NCBI GenBank assembly: GCA_903918885.1
Contig: CAIXFY010000004.1
Coordinates: forward strand, 1,166 to 65,165
DNA length: 64,000 nucleotides
From: an uncultured Verrucomicrobia subdivision 3 bacterium
Lineage (GTDB): Bacteria; Verrucomicrobiota; Verrucomicrobiia; Limisphaerales; UBA11358
Reading direction: 5' to 3'
The stretch's first letter is position 1; every line of letters begins with the position of its first letter. The translations under genes were made by a program, and so were the position numbers. Positions 37,438 through 46,181 of the stretch are shown piece by piece. Under the pieces are notes generated by a model. That model saw nothing but the letters and a program-made list of their open reading frames with translations. It searched no databases and had not been told where the DNA came from.

Positions 37438-39642
37438 TTACAGCCGGTTCCACCAAATCGGCGTGGGCTTAGGCACTTCCACGGTCACGCGCTGGTCGGG
37501 GCTAGCTTTGGTGTAAATCGCGTAGCGCGTGGCTTTGAGGTTGAAATGTCCGTGCCACAGCCGCCGCACGCGGTGGTTCAAAATCCACAACGGCCTCAAG
37601 ATCCGCAGCCACGCGGGGATCATTTTTTGCGTCTCCGCCATTTCGCGGATGGCATTTGGTTTGAGGTTCATGTTCTCGCCGGTGTCGGCAAAAACGGAAG
37701 TGAACTCGTTGCTGAACTCCATCGGCACCTTGTTTTTCATCAGCGCCAGCATCCAATGAAAGTCGCCGAGATCACGCCACTTGGTATCGAAGAAAATCTC
37801 GCGCTCGTGAATGACTTTGCGGCGGATAAAGATGCTGCTCGTCAGCACCGGGAAACGGAACCAGATCTGTTGCGCGTTCGGAACCATGGCATGCCGATGG
37901 CAAATATATTTGCCCGCGCCGTCGGTGACGATGCTGCCGGCCAGCAGCACTTCGACTTTTGGATTTTCCTCGAAGAATTTTTTTACCGCCGCCAGTGCGC
38001 CGGGCAGGTATTGCTCGTCGCAATTCAGATACGCAAGGATGTCGCCGGTTGCGCGCCGGTAGCCACGGTTGACGGCGTCATACATCCCGGCGTCCTTTTC
38101 GATGAATGCCTTCACGCGCGGGTCGTGCGGGAGCCAGTCCTGGGTGCCATCGTCCGAACACGAATCTTGCACGATATGTTCGAGCGCCACGTCCTGCTGA
38201 TCTGCGACAGAATTGATGCAGAGTTTAAGCCATTCCGAATTGCGGAAGCTGGGCGTGATGATGGAAAATGTCAGCGCGTCCGGCTGCGGGCGGCTCAGTT
38301 TTGCTTGCGCCACCAGTTCCATCCGAATCCGGCCGATGGTCAGCACCAGAATTTCCAGCAGCACAAAACGCGTGAAGCTATTCCAAGCAAACAGCAGCGG
38401 CGAGCGATAATCCGCATCGCCTTCATATTGCACCACGGGTGCCACCACGGCATACGCCAGCACAAACAGCGTGGCCCAGCGCGTATTTACCACCAGTGTG
38501 AGCAGCACACACGGCACGGCGTAAAAAAGCATGAACATCAGATGCGGATTCGAATGAAGATGAATCCAGAGAATCCCGGCAAACATCGCGGTGGCTGTCA
38601 GGATGGTATCCCAATGCCTTTTCAAATCCGTGACCAACGACAATTTTTCATCCAGCGCGCCGGAAGGCGGGTTGACCACCCAGTTTTTGAGCAGACGGTA
38701 GATGCGCAGCCACGCGAGCGGGAAAAATTCAAACCCCGCCCGCACCAGCGAATCATAAAATGTCAGCAACTTTCCCATCACAAAATGATAAGCCTGCTCG
38801 GCCGGCGGCGGCTCGTCCTGAACCGCTTGCGGCGGTAGCTTCAACCAATCCGCCTGTAGCCGTTCCCAGCGATGGCGATAGCGCTCCAGCTTTTTAACCA
38901 CGCTTGGCGAAACGAGTTCGCGCTCGTATTTTTGTCGCTCAATGATGCCCCGCCGCAGATACGCATGGTGCGGTGCTTTGTAAATCGTGGACAAATCCGC
39001 CGTGTTCAGCTCCAGCATCCGCGCGTCATACGGCACGTTCAGAAACGCGCACAGATCGCGGCAGGTTTTCTCCGTCTGATCCACAATATCCGCGTAGTCC
39101 ACCCGAAAAACCCGTGCTCCAGCCAAGTCAATTTTCGCCGTCTGACGGATGAGTTGCTCCTGATGATAAATCAACCGGCTTAACATGCCGGGCTTGCCAA
39201 AAAAACGGGAGGTCTGCCCCGCCTTCAGCACGCTGCGATAAACCTCCGCCGGGTTACGCCAAACAATGATGAAAGTTGCGTCCGGATAATGCTGATGCAA
39301 TTGCACCAACCGGTCGCAGTAAAACGGCGACTTCTCGCCATAGGCCGTCGCCCCCTTGATCGCGCCGAAAGCACGATACAAATCCGAAGGCGCACAGATT
39401 TTTTTTAAGGAAGAAAAATCATCATCCTTAACCAGCCGATGCCGCGACAGCGCCTCATTGTAAAATTCAATGCGCTCTGCCCAGTTGCGCCGAAACCGCG
39501 CGCCCAGCAGCGGCCGCGGAAAGTTCCACACGTCGCATTCGAACATCAGCGCCAGTTGCGGATGCTGATTTAGAATCGAACAAAGCAGCGAAGTGCCGGA
39601 GCGGAACACGCCCACTGCAAAAATTGGATGGTCGGTTTTCAT
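37438..39642 (-). CDS. Tripartite fusion: N-terminal sulfotransferase, central transmembrane block, C-terminal GT2 glycosyltransferase
   Basis: PAPS 5'-PSB-like motif VGVFRSGTSLLCS and 3'-PB-like IIVWRNPAEVYRS. Four to five hydrophobic helices at about aa 350-440. GT2 motifs follow: FSIITPSFRNSEWL, QDSCSDDGT and YLNCDEQY. Confidence 0.75.
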   Translation of the reverse strand: MKTDHPIFAVGVFRSGTSLLCSILNQHPQLALMFECDVWNFPRPLLGARFRRNWAERIEFYNEALSRHRLVKDDDFSSLKKICAPSDLYRAFGAIKGATAYGEKSPFYCDRLVQLHQHYPDATFIIVWRNPAEVYRSVLKAGQTSRFFGKPGMLSRLIYHQEQLIRQTAKIDLAGARVFRVDYADIVDQTEKTCRDLCAFLNVPYDARMLELNTADLSTIYKAPHHAYLRRGIIERQKYERELVSPSVVKKLERYRHRWERLQADWLKLPPQAVQDEPPPAEQAYHFVMGKLLTFYDSLVRAGFEFFPLAWLRIYRLLKNWVVNPPSGALDEKLSLVTDLKRHWDTILTATAMFAGILWIHLHSNPHLMFMLFYAVPCVLLTLVVNTRWATLFVLAYAVVAPVVQYEGDADYRSPLLFAWNSFTRFVLLEILVLTIGRIRMELVAQAKLSRPQPDALTFSIITPSFRNSEWLKLCINSVADQQDVALEHIVQDSCSDDGTQDWLPHDPRVKAFIEKDAGMYDAVNRGYRRATGDILAYLNCDEQYLPGALAAVKKFFEENPKVEVLLAGSIVTDGAGKYICHRHAMVPNAQQIWFRFPVLTSSIFIRRKVIHEREIFFDTKWRDLGDFHWMLALMKNKVPMEFSNEFTSVFADTGENMNLKPNAIREMAETQKMIPAWLRILRPLWILNHRVRRLWHGHFNLKATRYAIYTKASPDQRVTVEVPKPTPIWWNRL

Positions 39643-39673
39643 CGGCAATAATTGGTCGAAATCATCTTTAGGC

Positions 39674-41329
39674 TTACAGGCGCACCCGGAATTTCTGTGC
39701 TACCGGAATCCGCCGGCCCATGCCGAACGCGCGCGGCGACACCTTCAAGCCCGGCGCGGCCTGCCGCCGTTTGTATTCGCTGAAAGTGATTTTGTTCACC
39801 ACGTCGTTCACCACCGCCGCGTCGAAGCCGCGTGAAATAATTTCCGCCTTGCCCAAATTTTTCACGACATACAGATCCAAGATCGCGTCGAGAATTTCAT
39901 ACGGCGGCAACGAGTCTTGATCCTTCTGTCCCGGACGCAGCTCCGCGCTCGGTGGCTTCGTGATGGAATCTTGCGGAATGATTTCCCGCTCGCGGTTCAC
40001 CCACTTCGCGATTTTGTAAACGTCTGTTTTTAGAACGTCAGCGATGGGGGCGAGCGCGCCGTTCATGTCGCCGTAAAGCGTGCAATAGCCCACGGCCATC
40101 TCCGATTTGTTGCCCGTCGTCAGCACCAGCCCGCCGAATTTGTTCGAAAGCGCCATCAACGTCACGCCGCGCAAACGCGACTGGATGTTTTCCTCCGCCT
40201 CGTTCGGTTTCGTGCCCGCGAAAACTTTTTGCAACTGCGCTTCGACCGCTTGGAATGCCGGTTCAATCGGCAACACCTCGTAACGGATGCCGAGATTGCG
40301 CGCCAATTTTTCCGCGTCAGTCAAACTGCCTTCGCTCGAATAGCGCGCGGGCATCGCTACGCCCAAGACATTTTCCGCGCCGAGCGCATCGGCGGCGGTA
40401 ACCGCGATGAGCGCGGAATCAATGCCGCCGCTTAAGCCCAGCAGCACCGATTTGAAACCGCACTTGCGGACGTAATCGCGAATACCCAGCGACAGCGCAG
40501 AAAAAAGCAACTGCTCACGCGGGGGAAATTCATTGCCGACTTCGGACTTCTGGCTTCTAACTTCGGACGAAAGATCCACCACCAAGACTTCCTCCACAAA
40601 ACCCTTGCCCAGCACCAGCACTTCGCCGCGCGCGTTGAGCGCGACGCTGTGGCCGTCAAAAATCAATTCATCGTTCGCGCCAACGGCGTTGACTTGTGCG
40701 AGCGGGATTTTTTCATCGCGCGCCACGCGGCGTAACATTTCCAGCCGCGTTCGCTCTTTGCCATCGTGCCACGGCGAGGCGGACAAATTCAAAATCACCT
40801 CCGCGCCCTGCGCCATCAGCTCGCGCACGGGGTCGCGCCGATACAAGCGTTCCGGCCAAAAATCCTCATCGTTCCAGATGTCCTCACAAATCGTGATGCC
40901 GATTTTTCTGCCGTTGAAAACGAACGGCTCGTTCTTTTTCGCTGGCTCGAAATAACGGTCTTCGTCAAAAACGTCGTAGGTCGGCAGCAAGCTTTTGGTC
41001 GTGCGCCAGACGATTTTTCCGTTTTGCAAAACGGCAGCGGAATTTTTTAAGGCGCGGCCGGGCAGCTCCAAATTTTTTTCGACGAAGCCGACGCAGAGCG
41101 GAATTTTACCAATTTGTTTGGCCGTTTCTTCCAGCGCGGCAAGATTGGCGGCGACAAAATCTTCCCGCAGCAGCAGGTCGCGCGGCGGATAGCCGCAGAG
41201 AAATAATTCCGGTGCGAGGACAAGTTCCGCGCCCCGCGCCCCGGCTTCGCGGTAGGCGGACAACAGTTTTTCGCGGTTGGCCGCGAAATCGCCGATGGTC
41301 GGGTTGAGCTGGAGCAGGCCAACGATCAT
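39674..41329 (-). CDS. nadE: Glutamine-dependent NAD+ synthetase
   Basis: N-terminal nitrilase/CN-hydrolase domain (LQLNPTIGDFAANREK) plus a C-terminal synthetase domain with the LGLSGGIDS P-loop. Confidence 0.92.
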   Translation of the reverse strand: MIVGLLQLNPTIGDFAANREKLLSAYREAGARGAELVLAPELFLCGYPPRDLLLREDFVAANLAALEETAKQIGKIPLCVGFVEKNLELPGRALKNSAAVLQNGKIVWRTTKSLLPTYDVFDEDRYFEPAKKNEPFVFNGRKIGITICEDIWNDEDFWPERLYRRDPVRELMAQGAEVILNLSASPWHDGKERTRLEMLRRVARDEKIPLAQVNAVGANDELIFDGHSVALNARGEVLVLGKGFVEEVLVVDLSSEVRSQKSEVGNEFPPREQLLFSALSLGIRDYVRKCGFKSVLLGLSGGIDSALIAVTAADALGAENVLGVAMPARYSSEGSLTDAEKLARNLGIRYEVLPIEPAFQAVEAQLQKVFAGTKPNEAEENIQSRLRGVTLMALSNKFGGLVLTTGNKSEMAVGYCTLYGDMNGALAPIADVLKTDVYKIAKWVNREREIIPQDSITKPPSAELRPGQKDQDSLPPYEILDAILDLYVVKNLGKAEIISRGFDAAVVNDVVNKITFSEYKRRQAAPGLKVSPRAFGMGRRIPVAQKFRVRL

Positions 41330-41402
41330 TTTTGATTTAAGATTTTGGACTAATGATTTTCAAGGCGCAGCAATCTTAAATCCTAAATCATCAATCGTAA
41401 AT

Positions 41403-42602
41403 CTATTCCATGCTGCCGATGGCTGCGGCGAGCGTGGCCAGATGGCGTTCCAGCGTGAAGTGGGCGGCGAAATGCGCGCGGGCGGGCTCGCCGCTGTCGT
41501 TGGCGAGCACTTTCAGAATCGCAGCAGCAATCTCCTCCGGCTCCTGTCCGCCGACGAGGCCGCGATGATTCGGCGGCAGCATTTCCGGCAATGAACGCCA
41601 GCGCGTGGTGACGATGGGCAGACCGAAGGCCATCGCTTCGATAAGGTTGACCGGCTGGTTTTCGCCAAGGTAGCGCGTGGGAAAAAGGAACAGGTCAGTC
41701 TCACGCAACAACTGCTCTTTCCGCTCGCCGGAAACAAAGCCGGCATGCTGGACGGCGGTGGCCACGGTGGGATTTTTCAGTAACTCCTCGAATTCGACCT
41801 GTTCATCGTAGGTCACAAAATTGCCGGCGCAGGTCAGTTGCAAACGCGCTGGAAATTTTTTCTCCGCGAGCATCCGGTTGGCGACCAGCACGCCGGCGAT
41901 GGCGGCAAAAACCCCCTTTTCCCGCGTGCAATGAGCCAGAAATAAAATGTTCACCGTGATCGGTGCGGGAGAATTTTCTCCGGCAAACATCTGCCGCCGC
42001 TGTTCAAACCGTTCACGCCGGTGCGGCTGAATGGAGTTTTCAAAGTCGGGACACGGATCGGGAATGCCATTGTTCACGACCGCGATTTTGTGTGAGAGCA
42101 GTTTTTCTGCGTCAAAAAAATTATAATGCGAGAGCACGAGGCTCAGGTTGACGGGACGGTAGCAACGAAACGTCGCGGCGCGCGAGGTGATGGTGGTCTG
42201 GGTCTCCAGCCATTTGCCTAGTCCGGCGGCGTGCCAGTGCAAAATCACATTTTTGAAAAATGGGCGGCAGAGAAACATCACCAGCCAGTCGCGCCAGAGC
42301 GCGACGCGTTTGCCGGGCGCGGGGACGCAATAAAAATTTTTCACGCCGTAGCGGAACCGGATCCAGACAGCCTGCAAACAGAACCATAAAATGAGCAGTA
42401 GTTTGACACCTTGAAATTCGCCGATGTCTTCCAACCCGCGCGAGAAACGAGCGTTGACGTGGTAGCACTCAATGTCGTGCGAATTCGCGCCGCCGGATTT
42501 TTTCTTGCGTGCGTCGCCGCCAAAGCCATCAAGCATGAGCTTGACCATGTAGCTCTGGCCGTGGTGCGGCGGCGGCGTGTGGGCGAAGACGAGCAATTTC
42601 AT
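41403..42602 (-). CDS. GT4 (GT-B) glycosyltransferase
   Basis: MKLLVFAHTPPPHHGQS N-terminus and a C-terminal FLFPTRYLGENQPVNLIEAMAFGLPIVTT motif. Confidence 0.8.
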   Translation of the reverse strand: MKLLVFAHTPPPHHGQSYMVKLMLDGFGGDARKKKSGGANSHDIECYHVNARFSRGLEDIGEFQGVKLLLILWFCLQAVWIRFRYGVKNFYCVPAPGKRVALWRDWLVMFLCRPFFKNVILHWHAAGLGKWLETQTTITSRAATFRCYRPVNLSLVLSHYNFFDAEKLLSHKIAVVNNGIPDPCPDFENSIQPHRRERFEQRRQMFAGENSPAPITVNILFLAHCTREKGVFAAIAGVLVANRMLAEKKFPARLQLTCAGNFVTYDEQVEFEELLKNPTVATAVQHAGFVSGERKEQLLRETDLFLFPTRYLGENQPVNLIEAMAFGLPIVTTRWRSLPEMLPPNHRGLVGGQEPEEIAAAILKVLANDSGEPARAHFAAHFTLERHLATLAAAIGSME

Positions 42603-42610
42603 TTCTGATT

Positions 42611-42684
42611 TGCGATTTACGATATACGATTTACGCGCCGCATGAATTTTGGAATCGTAAATCGTAATTCATAAATCGTAAATG
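42611..42684. repeat. Cluster of CGATTTACG / CGTAAATCG 9-mers in inverted arrangement in a divergent promoter region
   Basis: CGATTTACG at 42613-42621 and 42627-42635. The reverse complement CGTAAATCG is at 42656-42664, and CGTAAATG at 42677-42684 overlaps the ATG of the GT26 gene. A further AATCGTAAATC lies at 41393-41403. Confidence 0.6.
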
Positions 42685-43446
42685 ACTAACCGTGTCAATG
42701 TCCTCGGCGTCGGCATCAGCGTGCTGAATCTTCAGACCGCGCTGGCCGCCATCGCCACGGTAGTGCGGGCGAAACGCAAGGGCTACATTTGTGTCACCGG
42801 TGTCCATGGCGTGATGGAGGCGCAGACACACGATGGCTTCAAGAAAATCCTGAACGGCGCTTTTCTTTGCACGCCCGACGGGATGCCGATGGTCTGGGCA
42901 GGAAAACTGAACGGCCACCGTGAAATGAGCCGCGTCTACGGGCCGGATCTGATGTTGGATGTCTGCGCGTGGAGCGAGGCGAGTGGCGCGAAACATTTTT
43001 TTTACGGCGGCGCAGATGGCGTGGCGGAACTGCTGGCGCAAAAATTAAAAATGAAATTCCCGAAACTGCAAGTCGCTGGCACCTTCACGCCTCCGTTCCG
43101 CGCGTTGAACGAAGCCGAGGTGAAAAATTTGCAGGCGCAGATTTCTGCCGTGCAACCGGATATTTTATGGGTCGGCTTGAGCACGCCAAAGCAGGAAAAG
43201 TTTATGGCGGAATTTTTGCCGAAGCTGGACGCGACGCTGATGATTGGCGTGGGCGCGGCATTTGATTTTCATAGTGGCCGCGTGCGGCAGGCGCCACGCT
43301 GGATGCAGCGCAGCGGGCTGGAATGGTTTTACCGCCTGTGTAGCGAGCCGCGCCGGCTGGCGAAGCGCTATTTCCGCAACAACCCGCGGTTCGTCCTGAA
43401 ATTTTTCGGCCAGTTGGCTGGACTCAAGAAATATCATCTGGACTGA
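42682..43446 (+). CDS. WecB/TagA/CpsF-family (GT26) glycosyltransferase
   Basis: VNVLGVGISVLNL, GVHGVMEA, ILWVGLSTPKQEKF and GLEWFYRL motifs. Confidence 0.88.
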   Translation: MTNRVNVLGVGISVLNLQTALAAIATVVRAKRKGYICVTGVHGVMEAQTHDGFKKILNGAFLCTPDGMPMVWAGKLNGHREMSRVYGPDLMLDVCAWSEASGAKHFFYGGADGVAELLAQKLKMKFPKLQVAGTFTPPFRALNEAEVKNLQAQISAVQPDILWVGLSTPKQEKFMAEFLPKLDATLMIGVGAAFDFHSGRVRQAPRWMQRSGLEWFYRLCSEPRRLAKRYFRNNPRFVLKFFGQLAGLKKYHLD

Positions 43447-43488
43447 AAGCCTCCGTAGCGGGCAATTTACCGGCAACTTTCACAGAAC

Positions 43489-44376
43489 ATGAGCATGACA
43501 CGAACCATGGCGAAAGCGCTGGCGGCCAGCCCGTTTTTCCGGAAGGGCAGAAAACTCTTTGAGGAAAATCGCCGTGCGTGGGATTTGCCATTGAGCAAGT
43601 TGGAAAAACTTCAGGTCGGCGCTTATCTAATTCTTGAAGATTATTCGAAGAGTTTATTCCCGCCCCGGTTTGAAGATCAGGCCAAGGCTTATGCCATGGA
43701 AATTAATTATCGCACGCAGTTGGCGGGGATAAGTCTGGAGACAACGCGGCAGACGGAGCTGCGCAAGCCGTTTTGGTTTGGGCGCGGCGGCGTTGAATTT
43801 TTGACCGGATATTCACGATTGGTGACTGTGCTGGAGCAGTTGAAGGTTTCCCCGCCGTCGCGGCTGCTGGAACTCGGTTGCGGCACGGGCTGGATGGCGG
43901 AGTTCCTCGCCATCACCGGATTTGACGTGGTGGCGACTTCGATTGCGCTGACCGATATCGCGGATGCGCAAAGGCGACAGCAAAGCATCGTGGCCAAGGG
44001 GTTGGAGGCAAAACTGCGCTTTGAAATCGCGGCGATGGAATCGGTCGTAGAGACCGTTGGGCCGAGGAATCATTACGATGCCGTCTTGGTGTTCGAAGCC
44101 TTGCACCACGCGTTCGACTGGCGGAAGACGGTGCAATCGGCCTTTGATTGCCTTCGACCCGGCGGCTGGATTTTGATCTGTAATGAACCGAACGTATTGC
44201 ACACGTTCATTTCTTATCGCGCTGCCAAATTGGTGAACACGCATGAAATTGGTTTCAGCCGGGGCGAGCTACGGCGGCATCTTTCTGTCACCGGTTTCAC
44301 CGAAGTAAAATATCTCGGCAGTTCGCTCCATTTGTGGACGAAGAAACACTGGTTTGTCGCCCAAAAGCCGGCGTGA
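43489..44376 (+). CDS. Class I SAM-dependent methyltransferase
   Basis: LLELGCGTGWMAEFLA (motif I) and LRPGGWILICNEP. Confidence 0.75.
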   Translation: MSMTRTMAKALAASPFFRKGRKLFEENRRAWDLPLSKLEKLQVGAYLILEDYSKSLFPPRFEDQAKAYAMEINYRTQLAGISLETTRQTELRKPFWFGRGGVEFLTGYSRLVTVLEQLKVSPPSRLLELGCGTGWMAEFLAITGFDVVATSIALTDIADAQRRQQSIVAKGLEAKLRFEIAAMESVVETVGPRNHYDAVLVFEALHHAFDWRKTVQSAFDCLRPGGWILICNEPNVLHTFISYRAAKLVNTHEIGFSRGELRRHLSVTGFTEVKYLGSSLHLWTKKHWFVAQKPA

Positions 44377-44456
44377 TGTTTCCAAGCCAAATAAAGTAAT
44401 TTTAATTTGAGTGGAATCATCGGTTTGAGCATCATAAAAGCTGAAACAATGCACCG

Positions 44457-45407
44457 ATGAGCGAAACGCAAAATCAGGAAACGTCCGTAAATTTCTGGCG
44501 GGACACTGTGGAATGCTGGCAACGGCTACCCAACAGGGTTTTCTTTTTTTCCCTGCTGGCTGTCTGGCTCGCGCTGTTTCAGTTTCTGGGCAACTCACTT
44601 TTGGGCTACGTCCACACGCGTTCGCTCTTCATCTGGCTGTATGGCGACTATAACAATCCGAATCCCACCGCCGATGACGGGCCGGTCAGCCTGATTCCGT
44701 TTTTGGTCATCTGGCTGTTTTGGCGGAAGCGCCAGACGTTGCTCGCGTTGCCGCTTAAATTATGGTGGCCGGGAATTATTTTTCTCGCCGCTGCCGCCGG
44801 GTTGCACCTCGTAGGCTATGTGGTGCAACAGCCGCGCTTCTCGGTGCTGGCTTTGTTCGTTGGAATTTTCGGCTTGATGGGTTTGGCCTGGGGGCGCGCT
44901 TGGCTGAAAGAAGGAATATTTCCCTACTGGCTGTTCATTTTTTCGATTCCGATGCAAGCGCTGGTCACGCCGGTCACTTTCAAATTGCGATTGCTGGTGA
45001 CGTGGATGACCGCCACCGCCGCCAATCTGCTGACCATCAACGTGACGCGGGCCGGCACACAATTGATGTCGCCGGACGGAAGTTTTCAATACGACGTGGC
45101 GGCCGCGTGCAGCGGCATGCGCAGTCTGGTGGCCATTTTTTTGCTGGCGACGGTTTATGGATTTGTGCTGTTCCGTTCGCCGGGCAAACGCGCCTTCATG
45201 ATGGCGCTGGCGTTGCCGCTGTCGGTGCTGGGAAATTTCACACGGCTGATGTGCATCATTTTCGCGGCGGAAATGGGCGGTCAATCCATGGGAAACTTCG
45301 TGCATGAAAACTGGTTCTTCAGTTTGCTGCCCTACATTCCCGCGTTTGCGGGATTGTGGCTGGCCGGCCGTTGGCTGGAAAAAAAATCGGAAACCGAAAA
45401 CACATGA
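44457..45407 (+). CDS. Exosortase (EpsH-family transpeptidase)
   Basis: Polytopic, with a Cys motif AACSGMRSLVA, an Arg motif GNFTRLMCI and a His region FVHENWFF in the expected order. Confidence 0.85.
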   Translation: MSETQNQETSVNFWRDTVECWQRLPNRVFFFSLLAVWLALFQFLGNSLLGYVHTRSLFIWLYGDYNNPNPTADDGPVSLIPFLVIWLFWRKRQTLLALPLKLWWPGIIFLAAAAGLHLVGYVVQQPRFSVLALFVGIFGLMGLAWGRAWLKEGIFPYWLFIFSIPMQALVTPVTFKLRLLVTWMTATAANLLTINVTRAGTQLMSPDGSFQYDVAAACSGMRSLVAIFLLATVYGFVLFRSPGKRAFMMALALPLSVLGNFTRLMCIIFAAEMGGQSMGNFVHENWFFSLLPYIPAFAGLWLAGRWLEKKSETENT

Positions 45408-46126
45408 ACGACGCTCGCAAAAAGTGGCTGCTGTTTCTGACCGCGCTGGCATTGATTGCCGGCACGGCTGGCGCATTGGTCTGGCTGCGGGCGTATCAAC
45501 GGCTGGGCGAGCCGGGCTTGCGGGCGGTGACGGTTCCCGGCAGCGTCGTGCTGAAACTGGCGTTGCCTGAAAATGTTTTGGATTTCACTTCCACCAATGT
45601 ATCCACGGCCCAAGTGGTTTTGGATTATCTGCCCAAAGACACGAGCTTTGCGCAACGCTATTACTCGGCACCGGATGGCGCGTGGGCGATGGCCAATGTC
45701 ATTCTCATGGGCGCGGATCGCACCAGCATTCACCGGCCGGAATATTGTCTGCCGGGCCAGGGTTGGCAGATTCGTGACCAGCGCGAAGTAAAATTGCAAA
45801 TCGCCGGTGAAACCCCTTACGAACTTCCGGTGCAAAAGTGGACGATTGCCAATACCTTCACCGCACCCGACGGCACGAAACAATCCGTCAGCGGACTTTA
45901 TGTCTTCTGGTTTGCCACGAAAAATCAGGTTACGGCCGATTTTGCCACCATGCTAAAATCCATGCTCTTCAGCCAGATCCGGCATGGCGTGGTGCAACGC
46001 TGGGCTTATGTCTCCTATTTCACCGCTTGCCCGCCCGGTCAGGAAGAACCTGTTTTTGACCGCGTCAAACAACTGATTACCGCCAGCGCGCCGGAATTTC
46101 AACTGCCGCCGACTGCTGCCAAATGA
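45404..46126 (+). CDS. EpsI-family exosortase-associated protein
   Basis: N-terminal anchor plus SIHRPEYCLPGQGWQI, matching the EpsI H-x-P-x-x-C-L-P-G-x-G-W signature. ATGA overlap with the exosortase gene. Confidence 0.8.
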   Translation: MNDARKKWLLFLTALALIAGTAGALVWLRAYQRLGEPGLRAVTVPGSVVLKLALPENVLDFTSTNVSTAQVVLDYLPKDTSFAQRYYSAPDGAWAMANVILMGADRTSIHRPEYCLPGQGWQIRDQREVKLQIAGETPYELPVQKWTIANTFTAPDGTKQSVSGLYVFWFATKNQVTADFATMLKSMLFSQIRHGVVQRWAYVSYFTACPPGQEEPVFDRVKQLITASAPEFQLPPTAAK

Positions 46127-46181
46127 AATTGAGTTTTCGCATCCGTTCGCTATGTTGAACTAACCGTAGACAAAATTTTTC

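Noticed and set aside
37222-38838. 538-aa ORF on the + strand
   Set aside because: It lies entirely antisense to the sulfotransferase-GT2 gene, which has clear motifs. Its translation is Arg/His/Gln-rich and low in complexity, as is typical of shadow ORFs in GC-rich DNA.
40539-40568. Direct repeat ACTTCGGAC spaced 21 nt apart inside nadE
   Set aside because: It is an in-frame duplication encoding SEV...SEV in the linker between the nitrilase and synthetase domains. It is most simply a short linker duplication, and there is no evidence of regulatory or mobile function.
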